DNA of 61,228 bases, filler included, from Thelocarpon superellum (GCA_026025795.1; 5 parts of 5 records of this genome joined end to end with filler, not necessarily neighbours in it); one strand, 5' to 3'; numbered from the whole stretch's first letter, positions 1 through 12,955 are shown. Program-made: numbers and translations. The notes: a model not told the origin generated them from the letters alone.

Positions 1-1380
1 TGTTGTTCATCTGCGAGTCCCGAGCCGATTGTCCTGGTGAGCGACGCTGCCTCTGCTTCCGCGAGCCGGCTATGTCACGGGGTCACCTGACTGTACAGTC
101 AGCTGACCATGGATTAGCCTGGGTATATCCGACTGTAGGCTAGCTAGCTAGAGAGGAAAATCAACTCATAAGCATCCTGCCGAAGGCATAACAGGCTACC
201 ACCAGGGTGCTCCCCACAGGACGCGGGAGGAAAGCATGGTGAGACGGGTGAGGCAAGTGAACGTTGCTGCGTGTTGCGCACGGCCACAAATGATAGGCTC
301 AAGAATCGAACGGCGCCCGCAGGCCGGCTCTATGTTAGTTGATGACGGGAAGCCCTGCCTCGGCGGCGGCCTCTTGGCTCCCCGTTGGGTTGCGGCTTGT
401 ACCATGGTACCGCCAGGGGCTACAACGGCGTCTGTCATGCATACATCTGACAGATGTCCTCGCCGACAAACCCCAAGCACTCCCCATCTATGCAATCCTT
501 CGCCCAGCTCTTCATGTAATTCGCAGCAGATGGGCATGCGAAAGAGAGCGCTGCCGTGAAGTGGTGACTTGCGGGGAACACGTGATTAGCGATGTGGTAT
601 GGAAAGGAGTGGCAACGATCGCCCCTTCAACGGTTACCAGAAGTAACAGTCACTTGTCGATGCGTCCCACAACTCATGCTGATGGCTTCCATCACGGTTC
701 TGCCGTGCCGTCCCCCTTCCGACGGTCAACGAGGACCAGGACTTGGCAAACGTGAACGAGGCGTGTCGAGGAACATTCGCAGGGGAAAGCAGCCGACTAA
801 GCGGCCTAAAGCAGCTGCGATGTCCCGTACACTGGACGGCATGAAGAGCAAGAAACGGCACAGCCCGGCTTTGACCACGGATAGAATTATGCGAGTCCTA
901 CACAAACCCGAGTCCCGGCAAGTCCTTTGACCAATGGTTATGCTGATCTACGGTTGGTGTGGAGTACTTGGCACGATTCGCCCAAATCGATTCCGTTCGC
1001 TAACACTTCGCGCTCCGCCCCTAGGATACTCCGGTCCCATAAGACCTCGGCATTACAGTGAAAGGCATAGGCGCTCCTGTATCATTAGATTGGCATCTTG
1101 GCGCCTTCATGGCCCGTTTCGTTTGCCCCACATCGACTGAAATTTCTCGTGATTGAACTGCCACCGAGACAAATACTTCTATGCCATTGGCCATTTGGAC
1201 GGCCCGCAACTGCATGGCTGCGCCGAACAGGCCATGAAAATGCATGAATGAGCCGCCCACCTTTCCCAATAGCGCCACATCCGTGCCTCTCGACAAGTAT
1301 GGTCTTCAAGCCTCGGCCGGGCGATGGCATAGCGGTGGAGAAGCGGTCAAACACGCCGCAGGCCGTGGCACAAGACGATC

Positions 1381-1387
1381 TATATAA
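1381..1387 (+). promoter_or_regulatory. TATA box candidate of EthD-like gene
   Basis: TATATAA about 135 nt upstream of ATG 1517, followed by a pyrimidine-rich leader. Confidence 0.5.
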
Positions 1388-1516
1388 GGGGAGTCTCTTC
1401 CGTGGTGGCAATGACTTCCATCCTCAAGCTCCGACCCTCACCTACAGATTTCCCTCATCCTCTCATTGCCCTGTAGGCGTCAATATTCTCCATCGTTTCT
1501 CTCCATCCCCAGCACG

Positions 1517-2292
1517 ATGCGTCTCTCGTACGGCATTGGCTTGACGGCCCTGCTTTCCTTGGCGAGCGCCATTCCTCAAGACTCAGCTGCGACTGCCGAT
1601 GGCACGTCGACGCATAACAATTGTCTCAACCCAGTCACCAAGCCCGGCGACAAGCCCGGCAATGGCCACGGGGTATATGGCGGGAACTGGCTGGACGACG
1701 CCTGCGATCCGGCACCGGCACCGATCAACATCACGTCACCGGCGGGCAACAAATATGACAACAACAATCTGCCAGTCAACGTGCACACCTATCCTCCCTA
1801 TTTGGCCAACCGAGTGCGGATCATGGTGTTTTTCACGCGCAACTCGTCCGTCGACGCCACTTTCTTCCATCAATATTGGCGAACGCATCACGCCAAGCTT
1901 TGGGGTGACCTGGACATTGTGCGAAAGAATCTTCTCAAATACGAGCAGGTAAGTCAAGCTCCAGCCCCTGCCTTCATGAGATGGCGGCCACTGACTCTCG
2001 CTCCGCTCAGATCCATTTCGACGTGGACAACGGCACTGCAGGATTAGCGTCCTTGGGATTCCCCGGCCTTCAGAATCAGCTTGGGACGAACTTCGACGGC
2101 GTCGTCCTCTTCGATGCCGAGAGCTACGAGAACTTTGCCACGATTCTCAACTCGGACGAGTACAAGAACATCATTGCGCCGAATGAGGCACTGTTCTTGA
2201 ACCGCACTCTCTACCTTGCCTTCCCGGGACAAATCGTCCCTGTCTTTGACAAGACGAGTGACTACCTCAACCAGCCGAGGGGTCACCATTAG
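1517..2292 (+). CDS. EthD-domain (dimeric alpha/beta barrel) protein with signal peptide; exons 1517-1948, 2011-2292
   Basis: Hydrophobic leader MRLSYGIGLTALLSLASA; GTAAGT..CTGAC..CAG intron joins YEQ to IHF in frame; EthD-like motifs F-HQYWRTHHA, KYEQ-H, FDGV, EY--IIAPNE--F. Confidence 0.8.
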
Positions 2293-3303
2293 GCTGGGTC
2301 GTCGAGGTGCTCCGAATCTCGAGGGTTCCGCCGAAAGAGCCGTGAGATTGAGTCTCGATCGAAGGTAGCTTGTAGCGGGGGCACGCGGTGGAATCTGATC
2401 CACGGGATGGATCAAGAGGTTGACCTTGTCAACATATTTGAAGGAATTGATTCAATTCGCCCGAACATATTAAATCTTCACTCGACCAGGTTGACTTCGT
2501 ACGGGTGGGAAATTTCACCAAAAACAGATGTAGCGATGAAAATGATCTGCAAGAAGACCGTGAATCTCCACATGGGGAAATCACCTTAGTTACAGGTCAG
2601 CCGCGATGCTCCGCCGAAGTCGTTCATCGCGGTCGGGGCAGGCGTGCATGGTAGAAGCAAAGGTCAGTCAGAATGTACAGGTGCCGGAGCGTGCCGAGAT
2701 GGCAGACCTTGGCTCGTGGGCGAGATCCGGCCCGCTTTTCCCGAGACGCGGGCTTGATTTCGAGCGCGACTGCTGACAACGAGACGACAAGCGGGGCCAC
2801 GAGGAACAGCTCACGTATCCGAATGTTCCGAGCTCGTATCCGCCACGCTGAATTTGGTCGAACCGTCAGCCGGTCAGAGTGTAACGACCGCGTGGCCCGG
2901 AACCTGGCGGGATTGTGAACGCCCGTTGCTCCCGACAGACTCCTAGCAGAAGACCGCTGTATCGCTGCGGACCACGGCGGACCACTGCGAACGGTCGGAG
3001 CTACTCGTATGTTACTTGTACCCGGATCGCCCTGCCCCGCCCACCGGTGCGCCAATGATAACATTTCCAGCCACAACCGAGCGCGCTAGAGCCAGAGAGC
3101 TGCAATGGCCCGCCGTGGACGTTGAGTCGTGACGATCCTCTTCTGTCGCCATCGCGGTCTCCGGAGGCGCCAGAACTCCCATCTCCCGCCCGGCCATCAC
3201 GCAGGCTCATCGAGCCGTGATCGCCATCGGCAGGATCACGCGTGGCGGGCTTCATACTCAAGCGAGACACCGTCAGCACGCCTGGCGACCAGGGTTGAAG
3301 ACG

Positions 3304-4923
3304 ATGGCTTCATTCATCGCGCGCGCCTTGGTAGACTTCCCACAGGGTCAGGGGTCAAATGTCACCGACGTCTTGATCAATGGCGTGCACTTTAACCGCA
3401 CCGCCCTGGACTTCTTCAACTATACGCTGTGGTCCAACAACACGTTGTCGAACGCATCCGACTGCTACCTCGTGTTCGACCAATACCAACCCTCGATGTT
3501 GGATAATGGCACCTTCATCAACGGCACCTCCTGCTACGACCCTTACTATGGCATCGCGGAGCGCGGCATTCTCAGTATCGTCTTCTCGTGCCTCTACCTG
3601 GCCAGCGTGCTCTTCACCTCCATCAACCTGCGCAAGCATGGCCGCCTCTTCTTGCCCAGCGAGAAGCGTTTCCGCGCCATCGGACGACGGTGGCAGTGGT
3701 ATTGGATGTTCTTCGTCGCCGCCTGCGGTGCCATCAGCGGCTTCACCGGCATCGACGTGGATCGTGACTATCTGCAGGGCATCTCCTTGATCTTGCAGAG
3801 CTTCTTCTATTACTTGATGACGCCCAGCATCATGGCGGTCGTATGGGAGAGCGTCCGGCATTGGTATGATCCCACGGCCTTTCCTCTCCGTGACCGTCCG
3901 CCGAGCTGATGCGTCCATTCGGTGCAGGGGCTCGTGGCAAGAACGACAAATGGTCGATCGCGACTCCTTCTCCCTGCCCCAGACGGGCGCGCGGGACCGC
4001 GCGGAATTCTACATGCCGCTGGTCTTCTATCTCTTTGGCTTCCTGGTGAGCAGCTGGACATGTGCTAGACGCCGTGTCTGTTCACGCTGGGACTAACACC
4101 GGCGTGCCAGAACTTCTTCATGGTCATCCCGCGGAACTGGGGAGGCATCGACAGTCAAGGCTCCGCGCTGCAGATCGACACCGAGGCCCGCCCCACCGCG
4201 ACGGACCTGCGCTTCAAAGTGGGCGCCTTCTTCATCTTCGCGGCCTGGTGCCTTATCTGCTATAACCTCCGCCATTCGATCCATTACTACAAGCCCCGCA
4301 ACCGGGGTCCGATCAACAGTCTCGCCGGCTTCGTGCGCTATGTGCCGGGCAAGTTCCTGCTGGTCATCCCGCTCGCCGGCGTCGTCGTGGGGTATTCCAT
4401 CGCCACGTCATTCCTCTTCGACATCAGCCCGCTCAAGTACAACGTGGGAAGCGGTTGGATGTGGGGCCTGGGTCAGGCGCCCATCATCCTCATCTTGTTC
4501 GTGCTCGAGATCTGGGGCTACGTGGACGAGAACGAGGACAAGGTGCTCCTCCGTCAACGGCGGGACTACGGGCGTGCCGTGGATGCCGAACTCGGGCTGG
4601 GCCGGAAGCCGGGCTGGTGGTCCCAGCGCCGCGGCGACATCCAGCTGACGGACGAGGAACGTCTCAAGGCCTTGGCCAGCGAAGTGGGCGGTGGACCTGC
4701 CACGCGCAAGAACATCGAGCAGACCTTGGAGCTGGGCAACATGCCCGTGCGACCGCGCGGCGAGGACCCCTTCTCCGACGATGCCACGACGACCATCGCG
4801 CCCTCCGAGACGGGGGATGACTCCCCCGAGCGAATGGAACGGATGCAGAGCACGAGAGACTCCACATACAGCGTCACGGCGCAGACCCAGCCGACGAAGA
4901 TTAAGAGCATGTTGGACGTATAA
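3304..4923 (+). CDS. Conserved fungal multi-pass membrane protein (DUF2434-like); exons 3304-3863, 3928-4045, 4111-4923
   Basis: NYTLWSNNTLSN-S-CYL and NGTFINGTSC motifs; several hydrophobic helices; two canonical introns restore the frame (HW|GSWQERQ, FL|NFFM). Confidence 0.8.
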
Positions 4924-5569
4924 GGCCGTCCGACATGGTTGCAAGACGAAGCGTCACGAATTTCCTCGCGTTTCTCAATCCTACGGCCACCATGGCGGCT
5001 TTCGCGCATGCGCATGTGGGCACAGACAACAGGGGCGGGGAGCGAGGACGTCCCTTGGGCGTCGGGTGACGATAGCTCCACGGTCGTTATGGATAGACAA
5101 ATAGCAATGATACTTTCCCTGCCTTGTCGGACGATCATCGTCGCGCGCTCCTTTCCACAGGCAGACGAAGCAAAACACGTGGCCGATGATGGGAATATAT
5201 TCATCAGGCGCGATGCGCATGACGTCCTGCAGCTTCACGGACCGCCTCAACTCAGGTCGACAGGGCGTTGCGACCGTTGCACCATCCGCCATCCGTCCTG
5301 ATCCAGCTACTATGACGTGCGACCGATGCTTGGGGCCTAGTGCGCGCGGTGTCGTGCGACGCAGGTGAAGGATATCGATGAACGGGTACAGTCAGTGGGC
5401 GGCGACTCCAGGCTCTGATCCAGCGTCGGTCGGCCATTGAGTGAATTCCGTGATGGAGGGGGGGCTGGGCAACATGTGGGAGAGAGAGCGTTCCGAGGGG
5501 AAAGGATGGTGTGCTGGGGCCCCACCACAACCTCGAAGGATGTTTGATCTAGTTCACCTAACCCTGGCC

Positions 5570-5674
5570 ATTGGCTGTTGTCGCACGTCGCGCGGCAAAG
5601 AGTTGTCGGCTCTGATTGGCTCGAGGCGCCGGTAGCATCAAGATCACCACTGTAGCTTGGCCCGAGTATAAAAA
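5570..5674 (+). promoter_or_regulatory. Histone H1 promoter: reverse CCAAT boxes and TATA box
   Basis: ATTGG at 5570, CTGATTGG at 5612, TATAAAAA at 5667, upstream of ATG 5838. Confidence 0.55.
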
Positions 5675-5837
5675 CAGCGGGGTGCCCGCTCTCGCGCAAG
5701 CTCGATCCGACCCAATTGCTAAACAAAACATTGCTCCTCTCACCCACACCCACCCGTGTCCATCGTCCGTCCACTTGATCGCTTCGTCCTCGAGTGCTGC
5801 TCTCTAGTCCTCGATCCATCCACCCCACCCCATCACC

Positions 5838-6833
5838 ATGCCTCCCAAGAAAGCCACGGGCGCAGCGCCCAAGAAGGCGTCCACGTCCTCCAATCCCTCG
5901 TACAAGGGTACGTGAGCATCGGCCCTCGAGTCGCGCGGCGAGGAACGGGCTCGCATCACGCCCGCGCAACTGCGACCGCGAGCATGATGGTCCCGGCTGC
6001 TGACACCCGCGCTCGCACAGACATGATCAAGGATGCCATCGTGCAGCTCAAGGACCGCAACGGCAGCAGGTTCGTCGCGGTCGCGTGATGCATGGCGAGG
6101 TCCAATCTAACCGATCACAGCCGCCAAGCGATCAAGAAATACGTCCAGGCCAACAACAAGATCAACGCCGTCTCCCCTGCCGTCTTCGACTCGCAGTTCA
6201 ACCGCAGCCTGAAGGCCGCTGTCGAGGCCGGCGACTTCACCCAGCCCAAAGGTACGCGTTACTGCGCTGCGTCACTGCGCTGCATCGCTGCGCACTCTGC
6301 GCCCGGCATGGCCGCGCACGGTTGGTGTGAATCTGACTGACGACGGCTTAGGTCCCTCCGGCCCGGTCAAGATTGCGAAGAAGTCCGCCCCTGCGCCCGC
6401 GCCCAAGGTATGTCGCTACGCGTCGCGTGCCCGCCTCGGCCCCTGGTGACGGCAACTGACCCGCGTAACAGAAGCCGGCGGCGACCACCAAGAAGCCCGC
6501 GGCGCCGAAGAAGGCCGCTGCGCCCAAGAAGACCGCCGCCAAGCCTGCTGCTCCCAAGAAGGCCGCGGCTAAGCCCAAGACCACTGCTGCCAAGCCCAAG
6601 AAGGCGGCCGTGAGTCTCCCCGACGAGCCGTCGCGTCGATGAGTCAGCTGCTGATGCCGCAACAGGCTCCCGCCGTGACGGAGAAGGAGACCGTGCTTGG
6701 CAAGACCAAGTCGGGCCGCGTGACCAAGACCGCGGCCAAGCCGGCTGCCAAGAAGGCCGCACCGAAGAAGGCGGCGCCCAAGAAGGCCGCGGCGCCCAAG
6801 AAGAAGGCTGAGCCGGCTCCGGCGGCGGCGTAG
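5838..6833 (+). CDS. hhoA: Linker histone H1; exons 5838-5907, 6021-6069, 6121-6251, 6352-6407, 6472-6609, 6666-6833
   Basis: Globular domain [33 protein letters not shown]...FTQPKGPSGPVK; K/A/P-rich tail with LGKTKSGRVTK; five GT-AG introns keep the frame. Confidence 0.95.
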
Positions 6834-9800
6834 AGCGAGCGAGCGAGCTACCTCACGAATTCTCTCATCGTCTCACATCGTCGGAGCGCGCACACCATCT
6901 CGTAGGATGGGGTTTTCGGGGAAATGTCGGGCGGATCGCGAAGCACGTGTGCCTCTCTCTCTGTGTCTCCGAGATATCCTGGCAACGACGGGCGTGGCGT
7001 TGCGTTTTGATGTCGCCAGGGGTGGGACCCTGTTTTTCCTCCACACCCCCTGCGTCTTGTCTCCTGTTGGGTTGTCACGGCGTTACTGTCACTGTCACTG
7101 TCACGTGTCCCCCTTCTCCTCGCCGTCACTCTTTTGCTCCAGGCGCGCACGCCACGCCATGTCTGGGTCACGGTCTGGAGGCCGAGGAGGAGGGTCGGTA
7201 GGAAGTCGGATCTGCAATGTATAATGTGGTTCGCACTCGGAACTATGAAACGGGTTGTCCAAGATCCTCTCACCGCGATCCGTTGCGGTCCATCGCGGTC
7301 CATCGAAACGCCTGATACATCAGCGCGCGTTGGAGCGCCCGCTGATCGCACAGACTCTTCATCCACGGGTCGCGTAGTACTCGTACCACCGTCCCTCGTA
7401 ACATGACGCCCCCACAAGCCTTACGCTGGACGTGCTCGTAATCAGCACCCTCCTTGACCTCCCGGCCGCGCTGTCAGATCAATCATAACACAACAAAAGT
7501 CACCCGGAGCGCGGGTTCCAGCCGCAACCGCAGCCAATCAGCATGACTGCAGCGCCTCCATCCCCCCCCTCCTTCCTTTTGTCGCACGTCGCCAGATCTT
7601 CACCCTATTTCTGATTGGATGCTCAGACATGTGACGCGCCCGTTCTCCTTACCGTGTGGTGCATAATACGTTACACCCCATACCACAACGCTGCGCCGGT
7701 CGGCTGCCCAACTCCTTGGCCTGGCAACCACGATGTTGTTAGTGATGATCGTTCATAAGCCTTGGCTAGAGGCCCTTGTAGGTGCAGGTAGTTAACTCCT
7801 TGATGGGACAGAGTGTCAGTCGCAAAAGTGTCGGTGAATTATCTCCTCCGCCAAAGGTGAATTAAATATTGATTTGTTGGATTATTTTGGGTTGGCGAAA
7901 ATACACGGTGTGTGGAGAACGTTGTGCACGCGGTAGATTCTCTCCCCAGGGGATACCGAAAGACCTTGCACCAAATATTTTATTCGATTGTTTAGTCCGG
8001 ATTCATCTCGAGTTCTGCGAGGAACTCAGTCGCATTCATCTTTTGCTGGGTCTGGCCGTCGTCGTGTTGAGAGGCCGAAAGTAGTGCGATGGCTTTCGTG
8101 AGATTTGACAGCCAAGATTATTGGTATGTCTGCCTTCAGGCCCCTCTCCGCCACAACAACGCTTGGCCCCTGGCTGGGTTGCACGTGCCTGCTACGAGTG
8201 CTCCTTGGACCCAAACACAACCCACCAAAGTAAAGACAGACTCTTGGCCATCCTACCAGCACGACTCCCGGCTGATTGTATCGCTCTAGGCAGGGCCTGA
8301 GATCAACTTTAACCAGTCATGTTACGTGTTCCCTTCGTCGGCGCGAAGAAAGACGCGTCCGGGCAAGCAGGAGTTCGGTTGCTGCTGTAGTAGTATCCCT
8401 ACAACTATGTTAGAGAGCACGTTGCTTACTCGGCACTCACGAGTACAGCACCGTACCCGAAGTTGCTACAGCCGAGACCACAACATGAGGACCGGTCTTG
8501 GAAATTCGACAGGCCCGTGTCGAGGGGTGTCTCTAGACAGTCCAAGACGGCCGTCAGACAGCGGTCCAATAGGGCATTTGCCACGGCACGGATGCTTGCC
8601 TGCGTGGGATACTGCCGTCTTGAAGGATGGACGCCTTTCTCGATTCGACCAGAAATCCGAGAGATGTGCAAGTTGTGCAGGTCCTCGGCACACCGAGCCG
8701 TCATTTAGACGGGTGGAGTACATTGGATGGGCAAAGAGTGCAGCGCCGTGTGGGGAAGAGCAATGAAGTAGATCCAGGCAGAGATGCTAGGTGGTGCATA
8801 TCACGAGTAAGCAGGATGCGAAATGCAGAATGGAACCGTAGGGGGACTCGGATGCAGCCCTTGGCCGTTGTGCCGTCTTTTCAACCCGGATAAATGTTAA
8901 TGAAAGCCTATGCAGCGCGTTGCTCTGTTCACTCGTACTCGTACGTACTCGGCCGAAGTTTTGGTGTGGCTGAGGTGCGAGAGCTCTCCCGGACACTCTT
9001 CCGTGGGTGCGGCTCGGCCGTTGGAGGAAGGCGCGTCGATCGGGCTAGAAGCACGGGATACTGCGTGTTAACTAGTATCCCTCCCGTGCCTACAAGAGTG
9101 CCACAGACAGCGGAAAAGCCAACGAAGAGGGTGCTGGATGCCCGTGGCTGGTCCGCTTAGGATCCTTTCCACGACTCCAGCATCGGTACAGAGTAGTCGA
9201 CGTGACTTCCCGCTCCGGTGGCACGCAAACTCCCTCTGGCCCTGTGCTGCCACCTGATGGGGTTCGCGGGATGCTGCAGCCCCACTGGCGATCGGCCCCG
9301 TCCCGCAGAGTGGCCTGCTCGAGACGGCATTCGATCAGCTACGGGTCTTCTCTCGCGTCGTGTTCTTCTGAGCGGCTCGGCTGTCACAATGCGATTTGCC
9401 CAATACTTTTGACTCTAAATCCTCCAGGGTGATAGCCTCGTGGTGGTCAATGTCGTCCGTGCGGTGGCAGCTGGGTCCCCACCCAACCGCGCTGCCCTCA
9501 TCCGCCCGGGGGCCGATCATCGGCCTCGCTCACCAGTGAGTCGACCCTTTGCACCGATCGCCTTTACGTAAGGTGTGCCCGTCATCCGGCATCGATGCTT
9601 GGCTTGCATATCATGTTCTCTGCCACTTCTCCGTCGTGTGGGCGTCTGCTATCTGGGATACACTGTGCACGTACCGTGACCAGCAGCACCGTACGGCCTG
9701 CGGGCCGCGAACGTATTTCAAACGTAACTGAGCAGCCCGAATTCTTTGCCCTCTCTGTATGCATGATACTTATATGTCGGGATGCGGCGATGATTTGGTG

Positions 9801-10199
9801 CTCATGCGTCTGCCGCCACGGACTCGTACCGATTTTGCACAAGTAGCCCTGTCGGGTTCGGGACGGCATGGCAGCATGGCAATGGGTCCAATCCCAAAGG
9901 CGAACCGCCACCCCGTGCCAGCAGCGGGGCCCCTCTTCGCACGGCAAGACCAAGCGATGATCAGGCACGATGAAGCCACCCTGCCAAGCTCCCAGGGTCT
10001 TGACAGGCATGCCCGGCCGGCACTGGCCGACAGCTTCCCGCCGATCAGTGGAACCGAATTTCCCTCCAGCCATGTTCTCGACCTTCAGCTCCGCGCGGGA
10101 GGCTGACGCGGGGCTAAGCGGCTTCCACATGGACACTGGATAGCGCTTCCGCTGCTGCAGCTTCTCCACAGCGCATGCTAGTCACCGGGCATCTGGGGA

Positions 10200-10206
10200 T
10201 ATATAA
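10200..10206 (+). promoter_or_regulatory. TATA box candidate of GMC oxidoreductase
   Basis: TATATAA about 100 nt upstream of ATG 10303. Confidence 0.45.
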
Positions 10207-10302
10207 TGTCGCCGCGGGAGACGTCGAGTGGCCCGCCACAGATCGTGAGCTCGGCCAATTTGATCTCCGGAAAGACAGGTCCTCATAGAGGTGGCCGTCA
10301 TC

Positions 10303-12332
10303 ATGCTCGTTACTCGTGCGTTGAGTCTCTTGACGTTGTTCGCCGCCGCCTCAGGCCTCGCCATGTTCGTGCGGTCTCCCTCAGCTGCGAGATGGATGCT
10401 GATGAGCGGTATGGCACAGAGATGGACTGCATAAGCGCCAGTCGTACTTGCCGACCTACGAGTATATCGTCGTTGGGTCGGGAGCAGGGGGAGGGCCGTT
10501 GGCGTCACGACTCGCCCTGGCGGGCTTCAAGGTGCTCCTGATCGAGGCCGGCGACGACCAGGGCTTCTCCATTCCTCAGGAGGTCCCGGGGTTGAACTTG
10601 CAGGCGAGCGAATATGAGCCCATGTCCTGGGGCTTCTTCGTCAACCACTACCAAGACCTCGCGCGGCAAGAGAAAGACTCCAAGATGACCTATCGCACGC
10701 CGTCGGGCGGCTTGTTTGTCGGCACCGCTCCACCCAGCGGCTCGACGCCCTTGGGTATCCTGTACCCCCGCGCGGGCACGTTGGGCGGCTGCTCGGCGCA
10801 CAACGCCCTGATTTCCATCTACCCGCACGATAGCGACTGGTCCAACATCCAGTCCATCACGGGCGATAGCTCCTGGGCGCCCGACAAGATGCGCACGTAC
10901 TTTGAACGGCTAGAGAACAACCACTATCTGCCACAGGGCACCGCCGGCCACGGCTTCAGTGGCTGGCTGGGCACGAGCCTGACGCCGTTGTCCTTGGTTT
11001 TCCAGGATGCCAAGCTGGTGTCCATCGTGGCGGCGGCGGCGGCGGGCTTGGGCCAGGGGCTGCTCTCCATCATCACCACCATCACCGGCCTGGCGAACGC
11101 CTTCTTGGTGGATATCAACGACAACACGTCCAAAAATGGCCTCTACCAAGTGCCGATCGCGACGACGAACTCGCACCGTAGCAGCACGCGCGACTTCATC
11201 TGGACCGTGGCCAACGCCACCAACCCGGATGGCTCGCGCAAGTACACGCTGGACATCATGATGCATACGTTTGTGACCAAGGTCCTCCTGGACCAGAGCC
11301 AGAGCCCACCGCAGGCCTACGGCGTCAGCTACCTGCAGGGCGAGAGCCTGTACAGCGCCGATCGACGCGCCAACACGGCGAGCAAGGCGGCGGGCGTGCC
11401 GGGCTCGATCAACGCGACCCGCGAAGTCATCCTCTCGACGGGTACATTCAACACGCCGCAGCTGCTAAAGCTGAGCGGGATCGGGCCGGAGGCGGAATTG
11501 ACGCAATTCGGCATCCCCGTGGTGGTGAATCTGCCGGGAGTGGGGACGAATCTGCAGGATCGATACGAGAGCACGGTGATTGGAGAGATCAGCAGCGACT
11601 TTGAGATCACGTCCAAGTGCACTTTCCTCAAGTCGTCGCCGGATCCCTGCTTGGAGGCCTGGGAAGGACCGAACGCGGCGCAGAGCGTGTATTCCACCAA
11701 CGGCATCGCCCTCGGCATCATCCACACCTCTTCCGTGGCGGCGGGCGACCCGGATCTCTTTCTGTCGGGGGCGCCCATCAACTTCACCGGCTACTTCCCC
11801 GGCTACGCGGACGTGGCCGAGCAAGACAAGCGACACTGGGCCTGGATCACGCTGAAGGCGCACAGCCGCAACAACGCAGGGACGGTGGCGCTCCAGTCGA
11901 CGGATCCACTCGACACGCCGGTGATCAACTTCAACTCCTTCGACACGGGCAACACGGCGGGCGGAGCGGACCAGCTCGATCTGGAGGCGAGCTACGAGGG
12001 CATGGAGCTGGCGCGGAACATCTTTCGCGACCGTCTGCCTATCCAGGGTAGCTTCAAGGAGGTGTGGCCGGGCCCATCGGTGCGAACGGAGGCGGAGATG
12101 AAGACGTTTGTGCGGAATGAGGCGTGGGGTCACCACGCCTCCTGCACGTGCCCCATCGGCGCCGATGACGACCCGAACGCAGTGCTGAACTCGGACTTTC
12201 AAGTGCGAGGCACCACGAATCTACGGGTCGTGGACGCCTCGGTCTTTCCCAAGATCCCAGGCTTCTACATTGCCGTGCCCATTTACATGATCAGCGAGAA
12301 GGCGGCGGACGTCATCATCGCTGCTGCCACGG
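10303..12332 (+). CDS. Secreted GMC oxidoreductase (AA3/choline dehydrogenase-like), stop codon beyond contig end; exons 10303-10364, 10420->12332
   Basis: FAD motif YEYIVVGSGAGGG, PRAGTLGGCSAHN, TPQLLKLSGIG, LPGVGTNLQD, WGHHASCTCPIG, LRVVDASVFP, MISEKAAD; signal peptide exon joined by GTTCGT..CAG intron. Confidence 0.93.
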
Positions 12333-12432
12333 NNNNNNNNNNNNNNNNNNNNNNNNNNNNNNNNNNNNNNNNNNNNTTAATTAATTAANNNNNNNNNNNN
12401 NNNNNNNNNNNNNNNNNNNNNNNNNNNNNNNN
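12333..12432. other. Artificial contig spacer
   Basis: 44 N + TTAATTAATTAA (stops in all six frames) + 44 N. Confidence 0.99.
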
Positions 12433-12947
12433 CGGGAATGCCTTTCGGCATCCTTCTCTTGGATGTGCCGCCATTCCGAGAGTCTCCGGCGGTTGCCTTC
12501 AGTCTCAGCGGATCACGCATGGTGACTTTGCGAGTCTCCGGCGGCCATAGCTCAAACTTGCCGCCGTCGACTAGTGCAGGATCTTTGTCGTGGGGAGCTT
12601 CGGCTAGCTCTTGCGCGGATGGCTCAGCCGGCGTCACAAAGCCGTCAAGATCGGTGACGGTGTCTTGGGCAGGTGCGTCACTCGCGTCGCGCTCCGTCGT
12701 GTCGGTTTCCGTGGCGTTCGGTAGATCGTCACATGTGCACTGGATGTCTTCTTCTTTGCTTCGCTTTACCGCTCTGTTGCGCCGTTGAACTCTGCGACTC
12801 TGCGCCTTGAGGCTACCTGACTGGAGTCAGTACTCTCTAGTCTTCTCTCGTCTTCGCGTTGGACTGGATATGATGGTGGTGGAAGGACGAACCGGTATCG
12901 ATGTCAGAATCGTCCTCGACGGAGGCGGGTTTCGCGTTGGTGGCCAT
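12433..12947 (-). CDS. Hypothetical protein, 5' part only; exons 12947-12893, 12816-<12433
   Basis: ATG 12947 MATNAKPASVEDDSDIDT, GTTCGT donor, TACTGAC branch, CAG acceptor; phase-compatible with a frame open to the contig edge. Confidence 0.6.
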
Positions 12948-12955
12948 GAGGAGGA

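Noticed and set aside
5557..5565. CCTAACCCT as a telomerase RNA template or telomere seed
   Set aside because: Single 9-mer inside the H1 promoter, with no supporting structure or array
7860..7990. Kinase-like peptides DYFGLAK and GIPKDLAPNILFD
   Set aside because: Different frames and reverse order relative to kinase subdomains VIb/VII; likely chance
12377..12388. TTAATTAATTAA as a biological repeat, and ORFs ending in 'LIN'
   Set aside because: Synthetic six-frame stop linker embedded in N runs
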